Positions 38,309 to 48,225 of a DNA stretch of 58,134 nucleotides are shown one piece after another. The stretch comes from Elusimicrobiota bacterium (lineage in GTDB: Bacteria; Elusimicrobiota; Elusimicrobia; UBA1565), in the NCBI GenBank assembly GCA_043819795.1, contig JBDREN010000205.1, positions 1 to 58,134 of the forward strand, in the 5' to 3' direction. Every line of letters starts with the position of its first letter. Positions within the stretch are counted from its first letter, which is position 1. The position numbers and the translations under genes are program-made. The notes under the pieces are model-generated. The model saw only the letters and a program-made list of their open reading frames with translations. It did no database searches and was not told the origin of the DNA.

Positions 38309-41028
38309 CAGCCGTGTTCCATATTGACCAGACGATTGGAGATGATCCGGGATATATTGAGGAAGAGGCGCGTGCTGATCTTCGGCACCGCCTTGGCCAA
38401 TTGCTCCAGGGCCCGCCATTCCAGGACCAGGAGCTTCGTGTCCTCGATCGCGGTCACGTCGGCGTTGCGCATCTCTCTCGTGACCAGGGCGATCTCGCCG
38501 AGCACCTCGCCCTGGCCGAAGGTGCCGAGCGTCCGCCTGCTGCCATCCGAGAGGACCTTCTCGGCCTTGGCCTGCCCCTCCAAGACGACGAACATCTCCC
38601 GGCCGATGTCGCCCTGCCGGATGAACTTCTCTCCGCCGGGCACATCCTTGACCTTCGAGAGCAGGATGACCTTCTTGATCTGCCGCGCCGGCATATCCTG
38701 GAAGAGCGCGCACCCGTCGATCACCTTCTTGCCCACCTGGACGGAGACCATGTCCCACAAGGTGACGAAGCGGGTGTACGAGAGCACCATGGGCGTGATC
38801 ACCAGGTCCGCCAGCAGGGCCACGATCATCAGCAGCGCGGTCAGGGCCCCGAACCAGATGACGGGAACGAAGCTCGACGCCATGAGAATCCCGAAGCCCA
38901 GGGCCAGGGCCAGCGAGGTGGAGATCACGGGCGTGGCCTCGGCCCGGATGGTGCGCTCGAGGGCCTTTGTCTCGTCGGCGGTCTCGCGCATCTCCTTGTT
39001 GTAGCGCACCATGAAGTGGATGGTGTCGTCTATGGCGATGCCGATCGCGATGCTCGCGATCATGGCGGTGCCCACGTCCAGCGGGATGGAGAAGTAGCCC
39101 ATGACCCCGAATAAGACGAACACGGGGTAGGCGTTGGGCACCAGAGAGAGCGCGCCCGCCTTGACGTTCAAGAAGAGGACGGACATCATGACGAAGATGA
39201 TGACCACCAGGGCCAAAAGCGACTTGGCCTGCCCGGCGGCCATCGAGTCGGCCGCCTTGTTGGTGAGGATCTCCTCGCCCGTGAAGCGGATGTCCAGGCG
39301 CTTGTCCATGCCCTTGAAGTGCACGGCCACCTGCTCGAGGGCCCGGCTCAGGTCGTAGGAGGCGGCGATATGGTGGCGGACCAGGACGCTGGCCTTCCGG
39401 CGGTCGGTGGAGACGTACTGCTCGACGTCCGGCTGCCTGAGAAGCATCATGTACTGCGCCAGCATCTCCCGCGACTTCGGGACCTTGAAGTGCTCCTGCC
39501 CGCCCCCGTTCCACTCCCGGTTGATCAGGGCCATGTAGTCCGCGATGGAGAACGAGGCGTCGAAAAGCTTGGTGCTCTTGATGTGGTCCTGCAGGCCCCG
39601 GATCTCCTTCAGGAAGTGGGGATCGCGGAAGGTGCCCTCATCCCTGCCGGTCAGCACGATGTAGAAGCTCTGCATGCCCGCGAGCCGCTCGGCGAGCGTC
39701 TCGGTGCGCCGGCGGACCTCCGAATTCTTCTTGAAATACGCCAACACGTTGTTGTCGACCCTCACGAAGACGGCTCCCATCCCGACCAGGACCACGGCGA
39801 TGATCGAGACCGTAAGCGCCACCTTGGTATTCTTCCGGATCCAGACGATCAGGGCCTCGGCGCCCCGGTCGAAGATGGTCGGCTGCGCGGAGCCCTTGGC
39901 CGCCTTGGCCCTGCCGAAGAACCGCAGGTAGAGGGGCGTGGCGAGGACCGTCACCACGAAGTTGAACAGCAGCCCCGAGGACGCCACGATGCCGAACTCT
40001 TTGAGCATCCGGATGTCGTTGAACGCGATGGAGAAGAATCCCAGGTACGTGGTGATGAAGGTGAGCAGGATGGCCAGGCCGAGCTTGGAGGCCATGTAGC
40101 GGATCGCGTTCGGGCGGTCGTTCCCGTGGGCCACGCCCTCGGTGTACTCGCTCAGGAGATGGATGTCCTCCGTGGACCCGATGACGATGAGGAGGGCCGG
40201 GACGATCGCGGTCAACAGGGTGACCGGCAGCCCGGCCGCCCCCATGAAGCCGAACGTCCACAAGATGCTCAGCCCGGCCGACATGAGGGGCATGACCGCG
40301 CCGTTGAGGCTCCGCAGGCAAAGGACCAGGGCGATGAGCAGGGCGCCCAGGGCCAGGGGGGTGATGAGCTTCTGGTCGTCCACGATCTTCTCGCCCAGGA
40401 CCTTGCGGGTGAAGGGCATGCCCATCTGGAACACCCGGTCCACCTCGCCCTTGAGCGGCGCGATGGCCTCGTCGATGTCGCCCGCGATGCGCGCGTCGAA
40501 GTCCTCCTCCTTGGTCCCGTCCGGCCGCTCCTCGTTCCGGACGTAGACGTTGATCGCCATGGCCGTCCCGTCCCAAGAGATCGCGTTGCGGGCGATCAGG
40601 GGGTTGCGCAGGGCGTCTTCCTTGACGCGCCCCGCGTCCTCCTCGGTCTCCGGGATCTCCTCCAGAAAGGGGTCGGTCTGGAGCGTGCCGTCCACGTCCC
40701 GGAAATTCTGAAGGTTGAACAGGCTGTCGACCTTGATGACGCCCTCGATGTCCTCCAGGGCCAGGGCGACCGCCGCGATGGCCTCGAGCTTGTCCGCGTC
40801 GAAGAGTTCCTCGTCCTCGACGAATACGACGGTGATGTTGTCGGACCCGAAGGTGTCGAGGGTCTCCTCCAAGAAGGCCTTCTCCGGATCGTTGGCCCGC
40901 ATCATGCCGTCGGCCGCCACGTTGACCGTCAGATGCCGCAGCTGCGTGGCCGCGGCCGCCGAGATGGCGGCGAGGACGAACAGGACCAGGAAAGGCCTTC
41001 GCAGGCCGAACTCGATGATTCGCTTCAT
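38308..41028 (-). CDS. MMPL/RND-family transporter with a C-terminal cyclic-nucleotide-binding domain
   Basis: Two TM bundles with periplasmic loops; IGSTEDIH and IGIAIDDTIHF; C-terminal FIRQGDIGREMFVVLEG...GEVLGEIAL...RNADV. Confidence 0.9.
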   Translation of the reverse strand: MKRIIEFGLRRPFLVLFVLAAISAAAATQLRHLTVNVAADGMMRANDPEKAFLEETLDTFGSDNITVVFVEDEELFDADKLEAIAAVALALEDIEGVIKVDSLFNLQNFRDVDGTLQTDPFLEEIPETEEDAGRVKEDALRNPLIARNAISWDGTAMAINVYVRNEERPDGTKEEDFDARIAGDIDEAIAPLKGEVDRVFQMGMPFTRKVLGEKIVDDQKLITPLALGALLIALVLCLRSLNGAVMPLMSAGLSILWTFGFMGAAGLPVTLLTAIVPALLIVIGSTEDIHLLSEYTEGVAHGNDRPNAIRYMASKLGLAILLTFITTYLGFFSIAFNDIRMLKEFGIVASSGLLFNFVVTVLATPLYLRFFGRAKAAKGSAQPTIFDRGAEALIVWIRKNTKVALTVSIIAVVLVGMGAVFVRVDNNVLAYFKKNSEVRRRTETLAERLAGMQSFYIVLTGRDEGTFRDPHFLKEIRGLQDHIKSTKLFDASFSIADYMALINREWNGGGQEHFKVPKSREMLAQYMMLLRQPDVEQYVSTDRRKASVLVRHHIAASYDLSRALEQVAVHFKGMDKRLDIRFTGEEILTNKAADSMAAGQAKSLLALVVIIFVMMSVLFLNVKAGALSLVPNAYPVFVLFGVMGYFSIPLDVGTAMIASIAIGIAIDDTIHFMVRYNKEMRETADETKALERTIRAEATPVISTSLALALGFGILMASSFVPVIWFGALTALLMIVALLADLVITPMVLSYTRFVTLWDMVSVQVGKKVIDGCALFQDMPARQIKKVILLSKVKDVPGGEKFIRQGDIGREMFVVLEGQAKAEKVLSDGSRRTLGTFGQGEVLGEIALVTREMRNADVTAIEDTKLLVLEWRALEQLAKAVPKISTRLFLNISRIISNRLVNMEHG

Positions 41029-41053
41029 TGGGACGCCTCCGGACGGATTCGCG

Positions 41054-41878
41054 CTAGCGCAAGCCTTCCTGTTTGAGCACCGAGCGCTCGGAGAAGAGCT
41101 GCTTGTCTATCTTGGCGTTGATCTCGCGCTTGGTAACGACCATGAGGGTCTTGTGCTTTTTCGTCTCGTGGTCCATCAGGGCTTTCCCGGCGCGGTAAAT
41201 GGTGCCCTCAACCTTATCCACATCCATCATGACCTGCGTCTTGACGTGCTTGCCGCGCTTGTTGAAGAACTCGATCTTGGCCGTGAAGAAGATATCCTGC
41301 CGCACCCAGAGGTGCTTCTTGGAATAGCCGCTGGCTTTGAGGACCTCCTCGTTGGCCGGGACGGACTCGATGACCCAGCAGTCCTTGCCCTTGCCCTCCT
41401 TGCCCGGACACTCCTCCTCGCGCAGGAGCTTGTACTTGTTGTCGTCGAGAGGCTCGGGCGAGAGGTCCTCGTAGGTGAAATCCGTCCCCATGAAGTAGCC
41501 CTTCTTGCTGCCCTCCGCCACGCGCTTGAGCTTCTTGGCGGCGGGGAGGAAGAGCCACTGATCGTCCGGCGCGTCCTCGTGCTGCCAAGTCAGGAGGCTC
41601 GTGCCCCGGATGTCCTTGGGAGCGAGGAAGATGATCAGGTACTTGTAGACGTCCTTCTTGACCTCGAGGTTGTAGCGCCGCAGCTCGCGATTCTCCTTCT
41701 TATCCCTACGGTCGATGAGAACCATCTTCTGGTGCTCGATCTCGCTCGACGTGCGGTGGAGGTCCTTCTGCTTCTGCATGATCTGCCGGGCCGTGAGCTT
41801 CTCGGCGGCTCCGGCCGGCGATGCCGACGCCAGGGCCGCGCAGAGCAGGGCGACGACGAGCAATAGGGTCCTCTTCAT
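41054..41878 (-). CDS. Outer membrane lipoprotein-sorting (LolA-like) periplasmic protein
   Basis: Start ATG 41878 with AGGAGG; signal peptide; FLAPKDIRGTSLL, DDQWLFLPA, FMGTDFTYEDL. Confidence 0.85.
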   Translation of the reverse strand: MKRTLLLVVALLCAALASASPAGAAEKLTARQIMQKQKDLHRTSSEIEHQKMVLIDRRDKKENRELRRYNLEVKKDVYKYLIIFLAPKDIRGTSLLTWQHEDAPDDQWLFLPAAKKLKRVAEGSKKGYFMGTDFTYEDLSPEPLDDNKYKLLREEECPGKEGKGKDCWVIESVPANEEVLKASGYSKKHLWVRQDIFFTAKIEFFNKRGKHVKTQVMMDVDKVEGTIYRAGKALMDHETKKHKTLMVVTKREINAKIDKQLFSERSVLKQEGLR

Positions 41879-41912
41879 GATTCGGCCTCCTGTGGGCGCA
41901 CGGATTGTCCCG

Positions 41913-41951
41913 ATTTTATACAAAAAAAGCCGCCACCGCCACCGTGTCAGC
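41913..41951 (-). terminator. Possible intrinsic terminator after the patatin gene, followed by a -10-like TAAAAT
   Basis: Imperfect GC hairpin (41951-41929) followed by T7 on the minus strand; TAAAAT at 41918-41913. Confidence 0.35.
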
Positions 41952-44016
41952 GGACACCCCAGGGAGCGGGGTGGATCCCGACCTTGCAGGAATCCGAGAA
42001 GTAGGGGAGCATCGCCTTGATCTTGGGCAGGACCGCCTCGGCGATGCGCTCACCCGCCTCGACGATCTCCTTGCCCCGATGCATCTCCGTCCACGAGAAG
42101 CCCGTCAAATCGGGATGTATGTTCACGTGCGCGAGGGCCGAGCGCGACTTCGCGATCTCGTACTCCATCGTGTAGATCATCTGGAAGAAGATCTGGAACA
42201 TGTTCGGGGCCTGCAGGGCCGTTGGCAGGGTCAGGCCCTTGAGCTGTTTAAGGTCCAGGTTCATCAAGGACGCCCCCACCCCGCGCCTCTTGCTGAGCGC
42301 GCTCTTGCGCTCACCGGCGGGCATCGTAAGATTGACCGAGATGAGGATATCGGCTCCCATCTGGCTCACCACCTTGATGGGGACCGGATCGACGAGCCCG
42401 CCGTCGACCAGGAAGCGGCCCTGGTACGGGAGGGGCTGGAAGACCAGGGGGATGCCGCAACTCGCCCGGATGGCCTGGGCGACGTTCCCCTCCTTGAAAA
42501 CGACCTCCTCGCCGGTCTCGATGTCGGTGGCGACGCAGCGGAACGGGATCTCGAGCTCGTGGAACTCCTTGTCCCCGAAGTAGGAGCGTATGAAGCGCAG
42601 CAGCGTCGTCCCGGCGAAGATCCCCGAGCGAGGCACGGTCAGGTCCCAGAACAGGTTCTCCCACACCCACGCCTTGTCGACGCCCACGCAGATCTTCTCG
42701 ATCTCCGCCGGCGTGAGCCCGAGGGCGAGCCAGCCGCCCATCAGGGACCCGATCGACGTCCCCGCGATGAAATCGACCGGGATGTGCTCGCGCTCGAAGC
42801 TCTTCATGATCCCCACCAGCGCGTAGCCCAGGGCCGCGCCGGTGCCGAGCGCGAGCCCGACGCGCAGACGCGCGAAGCGGCGCACGAGCCCCTCGACCCC
42901 CCCTCGCGCGCGCGGAAAAAGGTTCATCGCCTGGAACGGAGAGGCCCCCTGCTTGACGAAGCTCTCGACCAGCCCGGGCGGCCATGTGACGCGCGTCCAC
43001 TCCCGGCCCGAGGAATAGCGCAGCTCGGCCGGCGCCCGGTCGCCGAGCCATACCTCGAGCAGACGTCTGGGCTCGGGAACGTAGCCGGACAGCTCGAGCC
43101 GCAGACGCAGGAATTCGTCCTTGCGGCCCTCGCCGCCAACCAGCATCCACTGATCAGCCTCGTAGAGGACCGCTTTCTCGACATCGTCGAGCGGCGCGCG
43201 CATCGCGAGGATCACGAAGTCGCTGTGGTCCCGGAGCAGGTTCATCAGCAGGAAGACGCTCCGGTAGAGCCGCCCGGCGAGGACGCTAGAAGGCAGCGTG
43301 ACCACCCCGAGGCTGGAGGCATGGACCTGGACGTACTTCTCCAGGAGCTTGGGGTCGCGCAGGTCCCGGCCGCGGAGCATCTCCTCGGTGACCACCAGGG
43401 GCTTGAGACCGAAGGCCTTCGCGAGCGCGCCGGCCTTCGGGTCCATGTCGACGAGAAGGACGCGCCTGCGCGACTGCTCGGCCAGAGAGAGCCCGAAATA
43501 ATTGGCGAAGAGCGTCCGGGCGCCATCGTCGAGGGATGCCAGCAGCGCGAGGATCCGGGGCTGCAGTTGCCGGCTCTGCCCCCCGGAGCGCGTTTCCTGA
43601 AGGAGGCGGGTCGAGAGAGTCCGCGAGAGCTGCAGAAGGATGGACGGATTCTCGCGCAGCACCGTCGCGAAGTCGGACTTCGAGAGCACGAGGAACTCGG
43701 TGGTCGACTCAAGAAGGACCGTCCAGGCACGGGGCTCGCCCGTCAACAGCGCCAGCTCCCCGAGGGTGTCGCCGCGCCCGAGGTAGCCGGCGACGCGCTT
43801 GCCCTCCGGCCGCTCGGTGACGAGCTGGACGTGGCCGGAGGTGATGATGAAGAACGCGTCGCCCGCGTCGCCCTGCTGGAAAAGGATCGCCCCGCGCGGC
43901 AGGGAAAGGGGCTTCAGCAGGCCCGCGACCTGGCGGCGGTCCTCAGCCGAAAGGTCCTTAAACAGCGGGATCCGCTTCAGGAACGGATTCCAGGCCTCTA
44001 TCTCTTCGGGGGTCAT
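41947..44016 (-). CDS. cNMP-binding / degenerate MinD-ParA-like / patatin phospholipase (NTE/RssA-like)
   Basis: cNMP domain LFQQGDAGDAFFII..GELALL..PR; middle domain RVLLVDMD; patatin GTGAALG, GTSIG, DGG. Confidence 0.9.
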   Translation of the reverse strand: MTPEEIEAWNPFLKRIPLFKDLSAEDRRQVAGLLKPLSLPRGAILFQQGDAGDAFFIITSGHVQLVTERPEGKRVAGYLGRGDTLGELALLTGEPRAWTVLLESTTEFLVLSKSDFATVLRENPSILLQLSRTLSTRLLQETRSGGQSRQLQPRILALLASLDDGARTLFANYFGLSLAEQSRRRVLLVDMDPKAGALAKAFGLKPLVVTEEMLRGRDLRDPKLLEKYVQVHASSLGVVTLPSSVLAGRLYRSVFLLMNLLRDHSDFVILAMRAPLDDVEKAVLYEADQWMLVGGEGRKDEFLRLRLELSGYVPEPRRLLEVWLGDRAPAELRYSSGREWTRVTWPPGLVESFVKQGASPFQAMNLFPRARGGVEGLVRRFARLRVGLALGTGAALGYALVGIMKSFEREHIPVDFIAGTSIGSLMGGWLALGLTPAEIEKICVGVDKAWVWENLFWDLTVPRSGIFAGTTLLRFIRSYFGDKEFHELEIPFRCVATDIETGEEVVFKEGNVAQAIRASCGIPLVFQPLPYQGRFLVDGGLVDPVPIKVVSQMGADILISVNLTMPAGERKSALSKRRGVGASLMNLDLKQLKGLTLPTALQAPNMFQIFFQMIYTMEYEIAKSRSALAHVNIHPDLTGFSWTEMHRGKEIVEAGERIAEAVLPKIKAMLPYFSDSCKVGIHPAPWGVR

Positions 44017-44058
44017 GGACAGCGCCTAAACATGAATTTAGTATAATTGGCAACAGTT

Positions 44059-44649
44059 TCAGAGCCGGCGTACGCGGGTTCCGGCCCGCCGCCGCTTCCC
44101 GGGCGCCCCGGCCTCGGCAGGCAGCGCGCAGGCCAGAAGGCCGATAATGGTCTTCGAGTCCTTGATCCTGCCCGAGAGGGCCCATGCGAGCGCCTTCCGG
44201 AACGGGACCCGGACCGCCTCGATGAGCTCATCCTCGTCGGGGGAGGATACGCCGGGTTTGAGCCGGTCGGCGACGTAGACGTGCAGCAGCTCGTTGGAGA
44301 ACGCGGGCGTCGGCCAAAACGACAGTATTCGGCGGAAGCGCCCGGCGGTGTAGCCGGTCTCTTCCCGGAGCTCGCGGCGGAGACAGGCGCCCGGCGGCTC
44401 ATCGGCGGCGAGCTTCCCGGCCGGAAGCTCGTAGGTGGCCTGGCCCACGGGGTAGCGGTACTGCCGGACGAGCAGAACCGTGTCCTTATCGAGGAACGGC
44501 ACGACCGCGACGGCCCCCGGGTGGTCGAGGTACTCCCGGACCGCACGGTTCCCGTTGGGAAGACGTACGTGATCGACGCAGAAGTTGACCGCTTTCCCGG
44601 GGCAGAACGATTTCCGGCGGACGCGGTTCTCGGTGAATGACTTCGGCAC
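44059..44649 (-). CDS. NUDIX hydrolase (ADP-ribose pyrophosphatase-like)
   Basis: HPGAVAVVP, VRQYRYP, ELPAGK...RELREETG, DSKT. Confidence 0.9.
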   Translation of the reverse strand: MPKSFTENRVRRKSFCPGKAVNFCVDHVRLPNGNRAVREYLDHPGAVAVVPFLDKDTVLLVRQYRYPVGQATYELPAGKLAADEPPGACLRRELREETGYTAGRFRRILSFWPTPAFSNELLHVYVADRLKPGVSSPDEDELIEAVRVPFRKALAWALSGRIKDSKTIIGLLACALPAEAGAPGKRRRAGTRVRRL

Positions 44650-44706
44650 GGGGGCATTATAGTTTTTTTCTCAAAGACGATTTTTACGAAATTCCCCGTT
44701 TGATCC

Positions 44707-47700
44707 ATGCATAAAGCGGAATTCGTCCACCTGCACAACCACTCCGAGTACTCCCTGCTCGACGGGACGACGCGCTTCAGCGACCACAAGGGGCAGCCCT
44801 CGGAGATGCTCCAGCGGCTCGCCCACGCGGGGGCAAAGGCCGTCGCGCTGACCGATCACGGCAACCTCTTCGGCGCGATCGAGTTCTACACCCAATGCCG
44901 GAAGGCCGGCATCAAACCCGTCATCGGCTCCGAGATGTACCTCGCCAAGGGCTCCCGGCTCGACCGCCGAGGCTCGCAGCGGGACAATTGCCACCTGACG
45001 GTGCTCGCCCGCAGCTATGAGGGCTACCAGAACCTCATGGCCCTCTCCTCGAAGGGCTTTCTCGAGGGCTTCTACTACGACCCGCGAATCGACAAGGAGG
45101 TCCTCGCCGAGCACGCGAAGGGGCTGATAGTGCTCTCCGGCTGCATCAAATCCGAGATGTCCCAGCGAGTCCTTGACGGCGACGTCAAGGGCGCGACCAA
45201 GCTGGCGGCGGAATACCGCGACCTCCTCGAGCCCGGCGCCTTCTACCTCGAGATCATGGACCACGGCCTGGAAAGGCAGCGCCAGGTCCTGAAGGCCCTC
45301 CTTGAGATCCACGAGCGCACCAAGATCCCCCTCGTCGCGACCAACGACTGCCACTACGCGAAAAGGGAGGACAATATCGCGCACGACGCGCGCGTCTGCA
45401 TCTCGACCGGCAAGCAGCTCTCCGACGCCAACCGCCTCCGGTTCGAGACCCACGAGTTCTACTTCAAGAGCCCGGCCGAGATGGCCAAGCTCTTCCACTT
45501 CGCGCCCGAGGCGCTCGCGAACACCGTCAGGATCGCCGACGCGTGCAACCTCGAGATCCCGATGGGGAAGTCGATCCTGCCGGACTTCCCCGTCCCCCCG
45601 GGGTACACGCAGGACACCTATCTCGAGGAGCTCTGCCGCGAGGGACTCACGTCCCTCGGCAGGGAGGGCGACGAGGCCTACCGCCAGCGGCTCGCCTACG
45701 AGGTGTCGGTCATCAAGAAGATGGGGTACTCCGGATACTTCCTCATCGTCTGGGACTTCATCAAATACGCGAAATCGAACGGGATCCCGGTCGGGCCCGG
45801 GCGCGGTTCCGGCGCGGGCGCGCTCGTCTGCTACGCGCTCGGGATCACGGCCGTCGACCCGATCCACCACAAGCTTCTCTTCGAGCGGTTCCTCAACCCC
45901 GACCGGGTCTCCATGCCCGACCTGGACATCGACTTCTCGGACCAGGGCCGCGACAAGGTCATCGAGTACGTCCGCGACAAGTACGGCCGAGAGAACGTCG
46001 CCCAGATCGTCACGTTCGGAACCCTGAAGGCGCGGCTCGCGATCCGCGACGTCGGGCGCGTGATGGGGGTTCCGCTCGCGGACGTCGACAAGCTCGCCAA
46101 GCTGATCCCCCCGGGCAGCACGATCCACCAGGCGCTCGAGTCGGTCCCCGACGTCCAATCGGCGGCCGAGGATCCGCAGACGAAACGGCTGCTCGACCTC
46201 GCCCGCAAGCTCGAGGGGCTCAAGCGCCATACCGGCGTGCACGCGGCCGGGATCGTGATCACCAAGGAGGCCGTCGTCAAGTATTCGCCGCTCGCCAAGG
46301 GGTCGAACTCCGACGTCGTGACGACGCAGTACGACGGCGACTTCCTGCCGAAGCTCGGGCTCCTCAAGATGGACTTTCTCGGCCTGCGCAACCTGACCGT
46401 CATTCACGGCGCGGTCGCCCTCATCCGGAGCCGGCGCGACAAGGATTTCGACATCGCCGCCATCCCGATGGACGACGAGAAGACGTACCGGCTCCTGGCC
46501 TCCGGCAAGGCTCTCGGGGTCTTCCAGCTCGACTCGGAGGGGATGCGCGAGCTCCTGCGGCGCCTGAAGCCGACGACCTTCGAGGACATCTCGGCCTGCA
46601 TCGCCCTCTATCGCCCGGGCCCGATGTCGAGCGGCATGCTGGACCTCTTCGTGGAACGTAAGCACGGCAAGAAGGTCCGCTACGACCATCGGAAGCTGGA
46701 GCCGATCCTGGAAGACACTTACGGCTGCATCGTCTATCAGGAGCAGGTGATGGAGATCTCCAAGAGCCTGGCCGGCTTCACTCCCGGCCAGGCCGACGTG
46801 CTCCGGAAGGCGATGGGCAAGAAGATCCCCGAGGAGCTCGAGAAGCTGCGAGGCGGCTTCATCGCCGGCTGCAAGAAGAACGACATCCCTGAGAAGCTCG
46901 CGGCCAAGATATACGATCATATCCAAAAGTTCGGAGGCTACGGCTTCAATAAGTCGCACACGGTGGCCTACGGCACGATCGCCTACCAAACGGCGTATCT
47001 CAAGGCGAACCATCTGATCGAATACGAGACGGCGCTGCTGACTTCCGAGATCGGCCACTCGGCGATCGCCGTTGAGGGCAAGGAGAACAAGCTCGTCACC
47101 TATCTCGAGGACGCCAAGGCGATGGGGATCGAGGTCCTCGGCCCGGACGTGCGGCGCTCCGAGACCGTGTTCTCCATCGGCGACGGCCAGGCGATCCGCT
47201 TCGGCCTGACGGCCGTCAAGAACGTGGGCCACGGCGCGGCCGAATCGATCGTCGCCGCCCGCGAGGAGAAGCCGTTCGAGTCGCTCGACGATTTCTGCGC
47301 CCGGGTGGATCTGAAGGCGGCCAACCGCAAGACCCTGGAGTCCTTGATCATGGCCGGCGCGATGGACTCGCTGATGGAGGGCCTCCCCATCGATGAGGCG
47401 CGCGCGCGCCTCATGCATACTCTCGACCACACGATGGGGCGTCAAGCGCGCATCAAGGAGGATCTGGCGCGCGGGCAGGGCCTGCTCTTCGGCAGCGAGC
47501 CCCCGGTGGCCCGCCCGGCGGGAGCGGGGCCGCACGACGGGGAGAAGCTCGAGCCGTGGCACGAACATGACCTACTCAAGCACGAGCGCGAGGTGCTCGG
47601 CTTCTATCTCTCGGGCCATCCGCTCGTGCGCTACAAAGAGCTGCTGGGGTGTGTCGCGACGCACCCCATCGGAGCCCTCGACGAGAGCGCCTCGAAGCAC

Positions 47701-48225
47701 GTGCGTCTCGCCGGCATGATCGCCCAGGTCAAGAAGGTGATAACGCGCAAGGGCGACCCCATGGCGCGCGGCGTCCTCGAGGACCTTTCGGGCGAGATCA
47801 CCCTGCTGGTATTCCCGAAGGCCTACGCGTCGGGTCTCGGCCAGCAGATGAAACTCAACGCGATCGTCGCCGTATCCGGGCGGCTTTCGTTCCCGACGAA
47901 CTTCCGCGGCGACGACTCCGAGCGGGCCAAGCCCGAGCTCATCGTCGAGGAGATCCTCCCGATCGACATGGCCATCAACCGCTTCGCGCGGCGCCTGACG
48001 CTGCACTTCTCCACCCTGGGCCTGGAGGAGGTCCTCCTCGACGACCTCAAACGCGTGCTGCGCCGCCACCCAGGACGCATTCCCGTTTTCCTCCGCCTCG
48101 ACACGACGGGGCACGGCCAGACGCTGATCGAGACCGACGAGAAGGTGGACCTCAAAGACCGTCTTTTCGAGCAGTTGAGCAGAATCCTAGGAGAGAAATC
48201 ATGGAAGATCGAAAGCGCATCCTAG
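44707..48225 (+). CDS. dnaE: DNA polymerase III alpha subunit
   Basis: PHP HLHNHSEYSLLDG, GRGSGAG, SMPDLDID, HAAG, KMDFLGL, YGFNKSH; no intein seen. Confidence 0.98.
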   Translation: MHKAEFVHLHNHSEYSLLDGTTRFSDHKGQPSEMLQRLAHAGAKAVALTDHGNLFGAIEFYTQCRKAGIKPVIGSEMYLAKGSRLDRRGSQRDNCHLTVLARSYEGYQNLMALSSKGFLEGFYYDPRIDKEVLAEHAKGLIVLSGCIKSEMSQRVLDGDVKGATKLAAEYRDLLEPGAFYLEIMDHGLERQRQVLKALLEIHERTKIPLVATNDCHYAKREDNIAHDARVCISTGKQLSDANRLRFETHEFYFKSPAEMAKLFHFAPEALANTVRIADACNLEIPMGKSILPDFPVPPGYTQDTYLEELCREGLTSLGREGDEAYRQRLAYEVSVIKKMGYSGYFLIVWDFIKYAKSNGIPVGPGRGSGAGALVCYALGITAVDPIHHKLLFERFLNPDRVSMPDLDIDFSDQGRDKVIEYVRDKYGRENVAQIVTFGTLKARLAIRDVGRVMGVPLADVDKLAKLIPPGSTIHQALESVPDVQSAAEDPQTKRLLDLARKLEGLKRHTGVHAAGIVITKEAVVKYSPLAKGSNSDVVTTQYDGDFLPKLGLLKMDFLGLRNLTVIHGAVALIRSRRDKDFDIAAIPMDDEKTYRLLASGKALGVFQLDSEGMRELLRRLKPTTFEDISACIALYRPGPMSSGMLDLFVERKHGKKVRYDHRKLEPILEDTYGCIVYQEQVMEISKSLAGFTPGQADVLRKAMGKKIPEELEKLRGGFIAGCKKNDIPEKLAAKIYDHIQKFGGYGFNKSHTVAYGTIAYQTAYLKANHLIEYETALLTSEIGHSAIAVEGKENKLVTYLEDAKAMGIEVLGPDVRRSETVFSIGDGQAIRFGLTAVKNVGHGAAESIVAAREEKPFESLDDFCARVDLKAANRKTLESLIMAGAMDSLMEGLPIDEARARLMHTLDHTMGRQARIKEDLARGQGLLFGSEPPVARPAGAGPHDGEKLEPWHEHDLLKHEREVLGFYLSGHPLVRYKELLGCVATHPIGALDESASKHVRLAGMIAQVKKVITRKGDPMARGVLEDLSGEITLLVFPKAYASGLGQQMKLNAIVAVSGRLSFPTNFRGDDSERAKPELIVEEILPIDMAINRFARRLTLHFSTLGLEEVLLDDLKRVLRRHPGRIPVFLRLDTTGHGQTLIETDEKVDLKDRLFEQLSRILGEKSWKIESAS

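Noticed and set aside
38309..39514. 882-aa ORF implying a long N-terminal extension of the OM barrel
   Set aside because: The extension overlaps the MMPL gene in another frame; the signal peptide begins at ATG 38308.
41947..44649. Patatin + cNMP + NUDIX as a CBASS/Pycsar-like anti-phage system
   Set aside because: No CD-NTase or pyrimidine cyclase nearby; the patatin is RssA/NTE-like and the context is housekeeping (next to dnaE).
44671..47568. 965-aa minus-strand ORF
   Set aside because: Antisense shadow of dnaE.
44707..48225. Intein or split in dnaE
   Set aside because: Normal length, continuous motifs, no intein signatures.
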